64,000 nt of DNA from Antedon mediterranea (Eukaryota > Animalia > Echinodermata), in contig NC_092680.1 of NCBI RefSeq assembly GCF_964355755.1, positions 3,472,001 through 3,536,000 on the forward strand. The letters run 5' to 3'. Positions 13,525 through 25,837 of the stretch are shown in pieces. A model generated the notes under the pieces. The model searched no databases. It worked only from the letters and a program-made list of their open reading frames with translations, and had not been told where the DNA came from. The translations under genes were made by a program, and so were the position numbers. How positions within the stretch are numbered: position 1 is the first letter of the stretch; every line of letters starts with the position of its first letter.

Positions 13525-13735
13525 ATTTGTACGCGCGCATCCAAGAGCCTTTGACTGCGCACATGTAAAAGCCATTCCATTAATAATATTATCAGTAATT
13601 GACTGTGCGCGTACAAAGGCCGTTCTAATGTTACCAGTATTTGACTGTGCGCGTACAAAAAAAAGCCTTTATATTGTTATCAGTATTTGACTGTGCGCGT
13701 ATAAAAGCCGTTCTATTATCAGTATTTGAACGCGC
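13525..13735. repeat. Dispersed CGCGCGTACAAAAGCC repeat family
   Basis: Degenerate tandem TGCGCGTACAAAAGCC units; related blocks at 27665-27730, 30355-30570 and 59700-59890. Confidence 0.7.
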
Positions 13736-14280
13736 ATTCGTTGTTTGTGTCTCTTAACATTTTAAAGAACAAAAAAAACTGTAATAATTCATTTGAAGGC
13801 TAACAATAATACAATACATAATGATAGATTTTATTTTGCAGGATTGTGCATTTATAAGATGATAAATATGTAATTCAAGTCATTTGAAAAAATAAACTAA
13901 AGACCGGGATCAAAAGATGATACAACCATTCTGAGATTAAATTGTAATCGTGTGTGGAATAAATATAAACTTTGTATTCCATTAACAATTCGTCTTCTTT
14001 TAGATTAACATGACAACAATGCATGACGGATAATACAGCAAATACAAAATTGATGGTTGATAGTGACTGAATTAATATTTGAGAGGATGATTTGAGAAAT
14101 GTATCTAATGCAAAGAAAGTTAAGACCCCTCAACGTCACTGAAGAATAGTGAAACGGAAAGAGAAAGAAAGTCAATATAATAAAAAGCAATATAATAATA
14201 TTTACGTAAAAACAACGTAAATATATGTTGATCTTTCACTATGCCTAACCAGATTTTTAAGGAATGCAGAAAAATACAGT

Positions 14281-14366
14281 TAGGCTAGGCCTAATATCTA
14301 TAGGATAGGCCTAATATCTATAGGCAGACCTAATATCTATAGGCTAGGCCTAATATCAATAGGCTA
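14281..14366. repeat. ~20-bp tandem repeat built on TAGGCCTA
   Basis: TAGGCTAGGCCTAATATCTA x~4. Confidence 0.85.
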
Positions 14367-14742
14367 TAGAAGTAAAATTAGACTTTTTCCTGCTGAAACA
14401 GTCCTGTAGAGTCATTTAGCAGAAAACATGGCTACTGAAATTTTTAACTAAGAACCAGACAACAAAGATCCGTAAAAATATTGCTACTTTTGCTTAAATC
14501 TTCACGTAATAGTTAGTAATCTGCTTTACTAAAACCTATTTATATCGTAAAGAAAACAAAACGATCCGAGAGAATCTAAAAATGAAAACCGTATCATTCA
14601 CTTAACTCCGTCTTTTCTTCAATGGGATTTATTCAAGGCCATCACATGATGACCAGCTCAATCGATCAAGGCAGGTATTCACCCGTTTCCGAGAGTATCA
14701 AACCCTTGATCATCTCTCATTGTATAATTAGAAGGGCCTAAC

Positions 14743-14774
14743 CATGGAGTAAAGAATAAATTCTTTACTCCATG
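14743..14774. mobile_element. 32-bp palindrome with 7-bp TSD (candidate P-element-type excision footprint)
   Basis: GCCTAAC-[CATGGAGTAAAGAAT AA ATTCTTTACTCCATG]-GCCTAAC. Confidence 0.55.
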
Positions 14775-15664
14775 GCCTAACAAAAGCTTAACCCTGCTTT
14801 ATGAGACTCCGGTTTTCTGACAAATCTATAAAATCTCACTGTCAATCGGCCAAGAATTAATAAACGTCTGTCTTTGACATAAGGTAAATCGGGGTTTGAG
14901 TCGGCTTAGTAGTATTAATAGTGCATTGTCCGAACAAAAATATTTAACCTTTTACGGTATATATACTTCTACAGTGTAGGCCTATCCTATTGATGTAGAA
15001 TTTGAGTAGGCGGCGAAGAATCGCTTAAAGCTTATTCGGTTTGCTAAAATTGGAAAAAGATGAAAATTCGTGTAGGCCTACATAAAATATGGTCTAATTT
15101 GAGGTACAGATCTGAATTAAAAGTTTAGATTGCATAGACAAATCTACTAAAATCATTCACCCGATAAAACGTTTCGTCATCGAAACCACGAGGGAACAAC
15201 ACAACATTTACGCGCGCGTACTAAAATCAGTTTATTTATCAGCAGTTATACGCACGCATCTAAATTGGTCTCTTCGTGTCGGGATTACGCTTTAAGCCTC
15301 TCATACTATTATTTTATAGTTTGACCCAACTAGCAGAGGTCAAGCCATAGATCATTCACTCATTTATTTTATTGACATAAAATCGGAAGTAAGTTATTGT
15401 GTAGGTAATTTGTCATCAGAAGACAATAATCAAAAGCGGTATTTTGCATTTATACTAACCTCATACAATACAAAATTGATCCATACACGTAGGTTAGGCT
15501 AGACGCATTATCACCCTAGTGTTGTTTTTATTATATTAACTGCAAACTGTCTTTAAGGAAAAAAATTGAAAATGTTACTGTAATTATAAGTAGAATTATA
15601 AGAATAAATTGACAAATGTAATTCTAAATAATAAGAATTATGATCTTTTGATGCTTCGATCTTA

Positions 15665-15809
15665 TTCCTGGTTTCCACTACGCACGGACGTAGACACACC
15701 GCACGTGAGTTGACCAATGGCAAGTGACAGTTTGAATACTCTATCGCTTGTGATTGGTCAAATCACTTGCGCTTACGTCCTTGCGATGCGTCCTAGTGGA
15801 AACCGAGCT
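15665..15809. mobile_element. MITE family B (PIF/Harbinger-like, long TIRs), TTA TSD
   Basis: TGGTTTCCACTA...TAGTGGAAACCGAGCT flanked by TTA; internal GACCAAT/ATTGGTC; homologues at 32235-32441, 58744 and 62966. Confidence 0.75.
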
Positions 15810-18800
15810 TTAGAATCTATTTAAAATTGTTTAATTTGAACCATAAAACAATAGTGGTGTATCTTATTCGTTTATAATTTAACACCATACCGACTTACAA
15901 TAAACACATACATAAAACAAACAGCGGCGTTGACATTTGAAATCCTAATAGGCCTATAGGCCTACTATTTTAAATTGTTTTTATATTACAAAAATAGTTA
16001 ATAAATATCTTTATTGTGAAACTTTATATGTATTACTTGACGTAAAGGTGTTTTTGGGTCAAACGCAAAGCAATTAATCTCTTACCTTTCCAATATTCTG
16101 CATAAGTCACTTCTTCTCAATGCGAGTCAATAAAAATGTTCTTGATATCTTCCTCATTCATCTATGTCCATTTGAATTTTAAGTTAAAACGTGTTCCAGA
16201 AAAATATATCAACGTTCTTGGTGATGTGTATGGACATAGAACTTCTGTGAGTTTTTATAGCATGCAAGTTTGAAAAATCAGCAAAATATTCGGCGGCCAA
16301 GATCTTGTTTTTGTCCTGTACTTATGGAAGCTGAAAGAGCCAATGTCCATATACAGCGCCCTGGTTTCAAACACATACGTTTGACAAGTTCTTTTACTTC
16401 TTTTTCCGATTCCTGAAACAGTTCTTATTTATTGTTACCATTTAAGTTATTGTAAATGTATGCTGCTTTTATTTCTTGAACTGTTTCTAAATAAATGTTG
16501 AATGAATTTATACAAATTTATACATGCTAGTAATTTGATAAAAGAAATGTACTTTGTTAAAGAATGTGATACATGTTGTGTATACATGTTTTCTTTTACT
16601 ACTTGAATATGAATTTATTCTGCGATCTCTTCAAAGAAAGATGAAAAATAAATTTTAAATTTCTTAGTCAAGTTGGTTTGCGGTAACGAAGAGTTTTCCA
16701 AAAGGAAATAAAGTAGGGTTATAAGAATGTATGTGTTATGTTATAAATGACTTCTGGAAAATCATTGAATTTCTTATTAACATATAGGCCTACGACAACA
16801 AATGCTAATGCTTGTTTTTTTTGTTTTGTTTTTTTTATTTACGTGGTTGTCACTTTGTACACTTCTGCTAAATTTGTTTACATGTTTAAAGAATTTATAC
16901 TTAATTTGGTGCCTATTTAATTGTCTAAATATTCTGTTTTGTATTCAATTTTTGATTAAAACTGTCAACAAATCTTGAAGAAAACTGACAATGATCATAT
17001 GGATGTTTCTGTCATTGAGTTGTTTACGTAAATTGAAGGTTTTTTTTTCAATCCATTCATATTATTTTTTTACAGAAGTTTTTATCTATACTTTAGTTAT
17101 CGTTTCTAAAATAATATAAAATTTAATTAAGAGCCGGAACTTGGATTTTATGAATATATCAGAGATTTAAATGAAAATGGTCTGTCTTGTGTTTTTCATA
17201 CTTGGCTTGTTTTAACGAAATGATTAATTAATGAATTGAGATTGAAAGAGTGGATTGGCTGTTTCCATTGTTACCTCATTACTGGTAATTAACCGATGTC
17301 TAAAACGTCTAAATTAACCTCTTTCCAATTTGTTTTTTCTTTATTACAAACTACAGTAAGTACTTCTTCAAATAATTGCCTAGGAAATTTGGAAACTGCA
17401 AGACAGTATACTTGCATGGTATAAACAGCTTCATCATAATGACCTATATGTACGTAACTTGTTATCAACAACTAGATTTTTGGAAAAATAGTACAATATT
17501 GAACGTGAATGAAGTTGAATAACTTATGCTATATGCCTTCTGAACCCGTTATAGTTAGTTCAATTTAAACAAAACGAAATATTACCCCTGTACCTCCCAG
17601 TATCACCTTTAATCTCTGCCCATCTACCTGTCTACCTATATAATAAATCCACTTCAATAAATCTATATTTGTTAATCTATCCATACAATTACTTTATTCA
17701 AAGATGGTTTAAACTCTGGCTTCGCACCTAGTTATTATTATTATTTGGTTTAACACTAAAAGCAAGAACTCACAAATGGTGGATAAAAACACATTTGTTA
17801 GGGAATCACGCTGTATGGTATGGTGGGTTACGGTTGAGAGTTTTGTTGTGTTACACTCTACCTGCATCAGTGGTTGACTTAAGATGTTAATCCTACACGT
17901 CATTCTGCATTGAGTTGTACAAAAGCAAATGAAAAGAGTAATACTTCTTTATTTGATAATAACTAAAGGTATACATGTCTCCCCCTTAGTTGATCGGTTT
18001 TTGTATGCTTCAGTGGTAGCGTGAATCACGAAGGACAGGTCCAATCGTTTACCAAAGTCAATAGTTTCTAACTTCGCCAATTAGTACTTATTGTTCAAAT
18101 GTCTACGTGTATTGTTCGTATTGATTTAATTAGGTGCCCATAGGCAGAGTATTCAGTTCTTCTTAATCCTGTCACAGAATAGAATGGCAAATCGTAAACG
18201 AAAACAATGTTTTAGCTAAGCCCTACATGAGCTAAGTAAGATGTCATTTCGCAGTTCACGTGAGCTACCGTCTTTGAAAATCACATTTTCGTAGAACCTT
18301 TTCGCCTGCAACTTTCGAAACAATTGTTTTGTCTTTAAAATTAACATAACATTATAAGATACATCAATAATATAGTAATACCATCTATATTTTCTTTACC
18401 TTCGATATGTTAATAATTTGCGCGTGTTTTTATTGTTAATATAACGTTAACTTGTTGTACTGTGCAGACCTCACTATTTCCGCAATATAAGCCTTATTCT
18501 TATCAATGTCAATTTGTATGAAACAACACAATACTAGACAAGATACAGGCGCATCCTATCTCCTAGGCCTAGATATTTAGGCCTAAGTGATTACGATACG
18601 TTTTACCCGAGATACTGGCTTCCATTAAATCAGACGTTGATTTGGTCTTGGTACCTTTTATTAAAGTAAAGCACAAACAGGATGAACAGGGCAAATACCA
18701 GTTGAATGAATTATATTCTACTAAAGAATCAAATGATTTTGTTATTGGCCTAAGCTAGAGTAACTGAGCCTTGTATTACATTGAATAAGATAGGGCTTAT

Positions 18801-19633
18801 TAGAATTGTACGTTCATATCAAAATTCCACACAATTCTCATCCAACATACGGGAATTTAATTGTCTGATCATTTTGGCTATTCGAATAATTCTAATAAAA
18901 ATGTCCATCTTGGCAAAATTCTTACAAAACAAAGTTTAATTCAACCAAACTATGTTTCAATCTGACTGTTATCTACTTAGGTTTAGGTTGTTATGTAGGC
19001 CTATATCTTCGGTTGTTCGTTGATATCAACCACGTTTTACCATTGTTACTAACGAGTTTTGTTATTGGATAGATAGGATTCAAATGCTATGTATACCGTA
19101 AGTAAAATGTTAGTTTGTTAGGTTAATATGTCAAAACAACAGCGTTCTATGAAATCAAAAGTTATGGAAAATATTTAGGTAAAAACTTAAAAGATGAAAC
19201 CGTTTTTGTCTCAACGATGATTATAGGCAATGTCTTGTATAAGTCAAAGATGCTCTTCAGGTGGAATGCCATCCTGAGATGAGTAAGTAGTAATTAGTAC
19301 AGTATTTTTAAAATTTATTTATATGTCATTTTACTTTGTATATATAGACCAGAGGTTCCGAAATAAAAGATTGAATTAATGAATTATGCGCGCGCATACG
19401 TCGTGACCAAAGAGACTGATCGCGAGTTTCGGTTGAGGGAAAATGTCACCTTCTTCAACTTGTACCATTTTGTATACCAGAGTTTCTGTTTTGCCGTTGA
19501 AACTATGCACAAACCATGCTTATATTAAAAAAATATTTATTTAATTCGTTGATGGCAGTATCTTGTATTTAAATAAATAGCAGCACATTAATAAAAAAAA
19601 AACACCAAACAAGTAATATATATTTTGTCTTTT

Positions 19634-19639
19634 TTTATT
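19634..19639 (-). terminator. Candidate distal polyadenylation signal of islet
   Basis: AATAAA on the minus strand followed ~20 nt later by a GU/U-rich tract (TTGTTTGGTGTTTTTTTTT); other AATAAA at 19836, 20680 and 21553. Confidence 0.45.
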
Positions 19640-21771
19640 CTCTTCGATTCGGTCAACAACATAATTTCGAAACATCTTTATGTATTTCTCAATAATAAAT
19701 AGGTGGTAGGTATACCAAAGTTTTATACATTAAAATAATTACAACATTTTTTTTGTAAACTGTCATTTTTGTAAATTATCCCACAAAAAAAAAGACTAGG
19801 TCACATATATTTTTGCGTTTAAACTTATATCTATGTTTATTATTGAAACGCTTGATGTTTAACAACAAAGTCAAGGATAGTGCAAAAGTATGGTAAAAGT
19901 AGGCCTACAACAGGTGTAATGGTTTAACGTACATATTGTCTGTGATTAAACTATAGGCCTAACTATTAAAACTAAGGGAAAATAATAAAATTAGGTAACT
20001 AAATGTAAAACATTAGGGTTTTTGTAATGTAACAGATTATCCAATAATTTAGCCCCAATGAAACGTTTGATTCGGACTTCATGTATCAGGAATATAAACT
20101 ATTCTAACTTTTATAATAAAAATGTAAAAAAGTAAACACCAGTAAAAACAGTACCCCTTAAGTCGGGGATAAACACCAGTAATAACGGTACCCCCTAAGT
20201 CAGGATATTTTGTATAAAACCCTTCAAAGAGTAGAACTCAATAGTTAAAAGAATTTCAGTAAATTGCACAACAAAATTATTGGTAGGCCTAAATACACAT
20301 TATCCTGCGAACTGTGGGGTTTAGACCTGATTTAGGCCTTTGTTTCAGGCTTCTCTTGATATTTTTCGACCTTCAGCGCTGATTGTGTGAGACATCTCAA
20401 AGAAACTATTTACAATTCTCACAATGGTGGGATGATACACATAGCATTGTATACACACAAACACAGATAACAACATCCGAGAGCTTAAATAATTAACTAA
20501 ACTAAATATTGCATTTCTCCAAAAACGAGAATCAACGAATTTTGATCTTGACATGTTCTGACAGTTATTCGTTTAAACACATACTCAACACAAATAATTC
20601 GTTTTTCATGTTTATAGGCCTATAACAAATCATAACAAATAGCAATTTAAATAAACAAATAAAATATTTTGATATGATTTTTATTTTCGCATAATAATTT
20701 ACAATATTTCGTATAAAATTTGTTCCAATGGCCGGTCAGTACTCTTCTTTTGTCTGCTAACTAAAACATGTCGCTCAGTATTAAATTGCACAAAGAAGAG
20801 GGAACAGAAATTATGTATATTCAAAATGCGAATTAGGAAGGTTTTAAAAAAAAAATAATGTCTATCACACATTCTTTAAAAAACACATTATTTTAGTATG
20901 ACTATGATTAGAAATATTAAAAAAAATATTACGGCACAAACAAACTTGGTATTATCACTAAATACTACCGTACTTGGCCTATCTAACAACGTTTCAGTAC
21001 CGTAGTCCAAATATACTTTATGCTGAACAGCACTACATATTAAATAAATGGGTTTACTTTTACATATTAATAATATATCTCAGTGTTACATAATACAAGT
21101 AATGATAAATAATAGAACAAATATTTTTTTACAATAATACATTGTTAAAATGCTGAAGGTATATTGCGTTGAGGATAACAGCCTCGCCCTAGAGACGTTG
21201 AGGATAGCAGCCTTGCCCCCAGAGTGTCTCATCTTAAGTATAGTGAATATTTACTGGCTATTACGTTCTTCATTCGTTAGGTTTGGTAGGCGAGTTCAAT
21301 ACACCTGTGAGGCTTATTGTTGATACTGAACATCTCTTTGTCAAAACAATTGTTTTATATTCAAAAGTCTTCACTGAAGGAAATAATAAGTACATTGCGC
21401 ATGATCCTGACGTAACAAATTCCACGTTGCAGACACTGCAGTTTTGAACTGTTCACATGTGTTCACATGTGTTCATAGTTCATTTGTGTTCAATGTGTTC
21501 ACATATGTTCAAAATGTGTTCATAGTTCATTTGTGTTCACATGTGTTCTTTTTTTATTAAATCACAAAATGTTGAGAACATCTCCTAATAATAATATATA
21601 ATCCACAGACGGCGACAACAAAACACAAAATATCGCATAAAAATGTTTTTTTCTTTTCTTCGAATTATAAATCTATGTTTTTTTGCAAAATTTGTTCAGC
21701 GTTGGTCAAATTGTTCGATTTTGTGTCAGATTAAATCACGTGACCATAGTTTTTTTAGCAGACGATATCTA

Positions 21772-21903
21772 TCAATCGCTTCCAACAGACAACTGGTCTA
21801 GTTGACTTCCCCCGTGAGTTAGCCTGTCGGTTGAGTCGGGTGTGGGCGGTAAACTCAAAGGCCCTTCGCTACCGTCGCCTTTCATATTCTCAGAAAAATT
21901 AAC
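21772..21903 (-). CDS. isl: Islet LIM-homeobox protein, coding exon 6 (C-terminus, stop)
   Basis: Acceptor ttgttctttcag; phase 0; VNFSENMKGDGSEGPLSLPPTPDSTDRLTHGGSQLDQLSVGSD* (TGA then TAG). VNFSE matches the vertebrate Isl1 last-exon start. Confidence 0.88.
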   Translation of the reverse strand, partial: VNFSENMKGDGSEGPLSLPPTPDSTDRLTHGGSQLDQLSVGSD

Positions 21904-24197
21904 CTGAAAGAACAATGATGAACATTCATTAGTATACACCTTTGATTGATTGATTTATATAAAATAAACGAGAAACCAAAACGGAAACGAAACTTAGACC
22001 TACTTTTTTTTAAATCAGAACCATAGGCCCAACCGTTAAACGGCCATTTATTTGCGTTCGTTGTAATAGGAAGAATCGATAAATAAGTCAACGTATAAAA
22101 TAACATCATTTAAATAGCCAGATCTATTTGAAGCAGATATCAAGTATTTGGTCAGGCCTAAAACATAATTTATATTAGATCTGATCAAACATGTCCTAAC
22201 TGCATGGCCTACTGGCCGTGCTTGATTATGCAGCCTCATGTATAGTCTACAACGAACATGTGTTGCAATGAGGAGCGTATTTACTCCCGATTTGCAATCG
22301 ATACGCGGGAAGATATTAAGGTGGACACGCGATATATTACAATTGGAATTTAGTACATCTTCGTTTTAGAACGATACAATTTAACTAGCATTCTATTACA
22401 TCCACTCTACAGTATCAAATCATACATTTTATCGTGGTAATTATTTACACTGAACACCGTAATAAATAACGATGCCTGAAACTAATTCCACGCGTCTTCT
22501 TCCACGAAGAACGGTAAATTATTGAAACAAAGGACATGATGAGATATACAAAACGTTTCCTATCATAGACATAGCAATCTTTATTTGTCCATACAAATAA
22601 CAGAAATTTGTTTTTTATTTGTCAGTATTTGACAAAAATAACTGGCTCAAATAAATAAGAAAAAGGCAAGAAGATCTATCAATTTGAATTATCCTTTAGA
22701 AGGCATAGGGTAGCCCTCTCTGTTAAGACTCCTTATAGGGTCATACGACACACGAAGAGTTAAATATCAAATTGAATTCACTCTTCCCTGATCAAACTAA
22801 AGCAACAATTATATTTTAAATGTTTTACTTTACTTATGTGTTGATTATAATATGATGTTGGTATTATCTTGTTTATCAATATATGTTATTCGTTGATATT
22901 CGTTATATTGATAATCAACGCTTTTGATATCTTAGTATTTATGGAATCAATTTCATATCAAATTGTTTATGTTTTACGACGTAGAAATGGTCACGTGTTG
23001 GGTATTTATATCAGTGTTTGTGACCAGTGAGTCGTCAAATTAATTACCGTTACCGTAGTTAATTTAACTGTTTTGTTGACGGTAGGTCGTTATCTATGTG
23101 TGTGACGTGTGTGTGTCCCTCCTCCCATCCGCGTCCAATCACATCCGAATCAATCAGTGCGTATTGTTTCAATTTCAACCAAATCACAATCAATAATAAA
23201 TGTGTTTGGGGAAAAAACACCGAAAAACAACGCGGAAAATGTCAATAATTTATGTATATTAACAGATTATTAAAGAGAGATTTAAAACCAGACGATCGGT
23301 AAGATTTTACCGTTTGCTCTGTCAAAGGCCATGTTCGATATCGATTTGTCATCATCGACCGCACAAGTGATAAATTTCGCGGCGTGGACATTGAAACCAG
23401 GCCGGGCGATATCGACTTGAGCTAGGCTGGGTGTAAAGACTTCACAGCGTCTTGTTTTACGAATAATACGACAGCGACCGATGCGCATTCTCCCGGGATA
23501 AATAACGTCTGTTGGTTTCCGATTGGATTGAGAATGGCGTTATGATCGAAGTTTAGCTTTACAAAAACATCAATGTGCGAAAATTACAAATATACTTGTT
23601 TTCGATATTCTGGTGTTTCATTCAGTACGCGTTATAATATAAACTAATGAAGTGATTCCAAGTCAGGTTAAATACCAAATAAATCCCAGATATATTTACA
23701 TTTGTCAAGCAATTACTTAACAAAAGATGTGCCGATACGAACTAATATATTTTAACACCAGAAACAAATCCGTTTTTTATTATGACCGGTCATTCAACGG
23801 TTATACGATTGTTTCTAATTTTTATATGAATATTAACGAGTTACGTATAAAAATGAATGAGTATTTATTTAAGGGTGTTTTCACCTTTAGAAATTCACCG
23901 AATAATATGAAATATAATCCGACGGATTAATGTTACGGTAAATTATCAAGTAAGTAATATAACACCGGATTAACGTTGGATCAAGTAAATCGGATTAGTG
24001 ATGTATCATCGCCACCAACATTTATATTAATGTTATTGTTACATAATTGCAACACGTTATTATGTGTCATATTCCAGTATAATGATGTTAGTGGTTATAA
24101 CAATGGATTTCATGTTCCTAATTTCAAAATTTACTCCTTGGTGTACTCTATGTTTATCGCAAATAGCTTGTATTCACGAGGAATGTCATTGCACAAT

Positions 24198-24305
24198 GCA
24201 TGCTGGGAAGGGTTTGGGAGCAAACCTCACGACGCGTACGTACAAACAACAAATCACGTACGTACGCGTCGTGACGTTTGCTCCCAAAAACCCTTCCCAT
24301 CATGC
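24198..24305. repeat. GC-rich inverted repeat (~46-bp arms), probable MITE relic in islet intron 5
   Basis: GCATGCTGGGAAGGGTTTGGGAGCAAACCTCACGACGCGTACGTAC ... GTACGTACGCGTCGTGACGTTTGCTCCCAAAAACCCTTCCCATCATGC. Confidence 0.85.
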
Positions 24306-25552
24306 GTCGCGCACGTTATTTGCGATAAATCTTATGGAAGATGGAATATTATCTCTTAAAATCTGTTGTTTGAGCTTTGTTTATGTAGGAATTCTTAATC
24401 TGAACCAGCTATGCTCTGTCTTAATTAATCGAAAGACGGTGTTATTGGGATTATGATAAGGTTAACAGTAATATCCAACGTTGGAATAAATTAATATTAA
24501 ATTCATTTTACTATGAATATCTAAATCAGTATTATAACCATACAAATATACCTATGAAAGTACCTTAATACAGGGATAAATACATTCGCATTCGTAAATA
24601 CAAAAAAAAAAATTTTTCAAATTACGAATTTATATGTTCCTATTAAAATAATATTGTATCTCATATTTGATTGCGTTATCTGTGTTGACGTTACATATTT
24701 TATTACCGATAATAAATAATAAGGCTACACATTGATTTCTGAAATAATAATAATTTATCGAATACTACGAGTTCAAAATTATTAATAATAATATCATAAT
24801 AACATTAAACAATCGTTTTAAAGAAATATCACAGACTCATATTAATAAATATTTCTAATAGTGTGACTGAATTAACAATAAAATATAATATAATATAATT
24901 TAACCTATTGGTTGTCCTTGCTATTAGCGACAACAAAAATACGACGCGACAACAATGGATATCTGGAACATTGCGTTTAGCACTGGTTACAAACACGTTT
25001 ACAATTTCTAATCACGTTAACAAAGAACTGTTTTAATTAATGATTTAATGTTTAATCTTTTTATGCTTGAAAAACAGTACGAAGCGTGTGTTATAAGCAC
25101 AACCTTATTTGTAATTTTTTGGTTTCTTTTTGATGAAGACTAATGAAAAACAATTATTATTACAGGATTTGGGCCGACTAAATCCAGCGCGTTCGATATT
25201 TTAAAACGTGATTTAATATCAGAACAAACGGCGTAAATTATTAATTTATTGTTTTAAATATCAACTTGATATTAAAATTAAGACGTGTACAAACAACAAG
25301 CCAAACCAAACAATCAAAAACGTCGACTTTAAAAAGCGAAAACAAATTGAATCAAGGTTTTCTCATAATCATCATTGTATAAAAAGAATCCAGAAACGTC
25401 TGTATTCATAAGTGAGATTCATTTAAAGAGCTGTTATGTAAATCAGTTCGACCTCAGATTATAAATAAACGTCAACGAAATGTCGTCGTATATCTCTACG
25501 AATGCTTCATCTGACAATTGAATATAGCGTTTTGAACACGATACACACATTT

Positions 25553-25837
25553 TAATATGCAAATTACATTGCATTTTAATATGCAAATTACATTTCATTT
25601 TAATATGCAAATTACATTTCAATTTAATATGCAAATTATTTGTTGTTAGAACAAAATAGAAATTGAATAGTTTCATGTATTGTATTGTACCAAATAATAA
25701 TGATTAATATGCAAATTATTCCAATATTTGCAAATTAAATTTAATAACAATTATTTCATTTAATACTCATCTTGAATATACAAATTAGCATTAATAAACT
25801 GCAATAAAATGTATTCATATTTTTAACGAATTTGCAT
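25553..25837. promoter_or_regulatory. Cluster of six octamer (ATGCAAAT) motifs, four in a 24-bp tandem repeat
   Basis: ATGCAAAT at 25557, 25581, 25605, 25629 and 25709; ATTTGCAT at 25830. Function is inferred. Confidence 0.5.

Noticed and set aside
17289-17471. ORF ending VLDIG (SAM-motif-like) with a TPR-like GHYDEAV
   Set aside because: Stop immediately after the motif; no splice context or further homology seen.
20345-20554. 69-aa minus ORF as a possible last islet exon
   Set aside because: The true last exon (VNFSE..., 21772-21903) fits homology and phase; this ORF lies in the UTR.
23282-23488. 68-aa ORF in intron 5
   Set aside because: No Islet similarity and no compatible splice sites.
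23976-24456. Overlapping 127/130-aa ORFs
   Set aside because: They span a GC-rich palindrome; no domain features.
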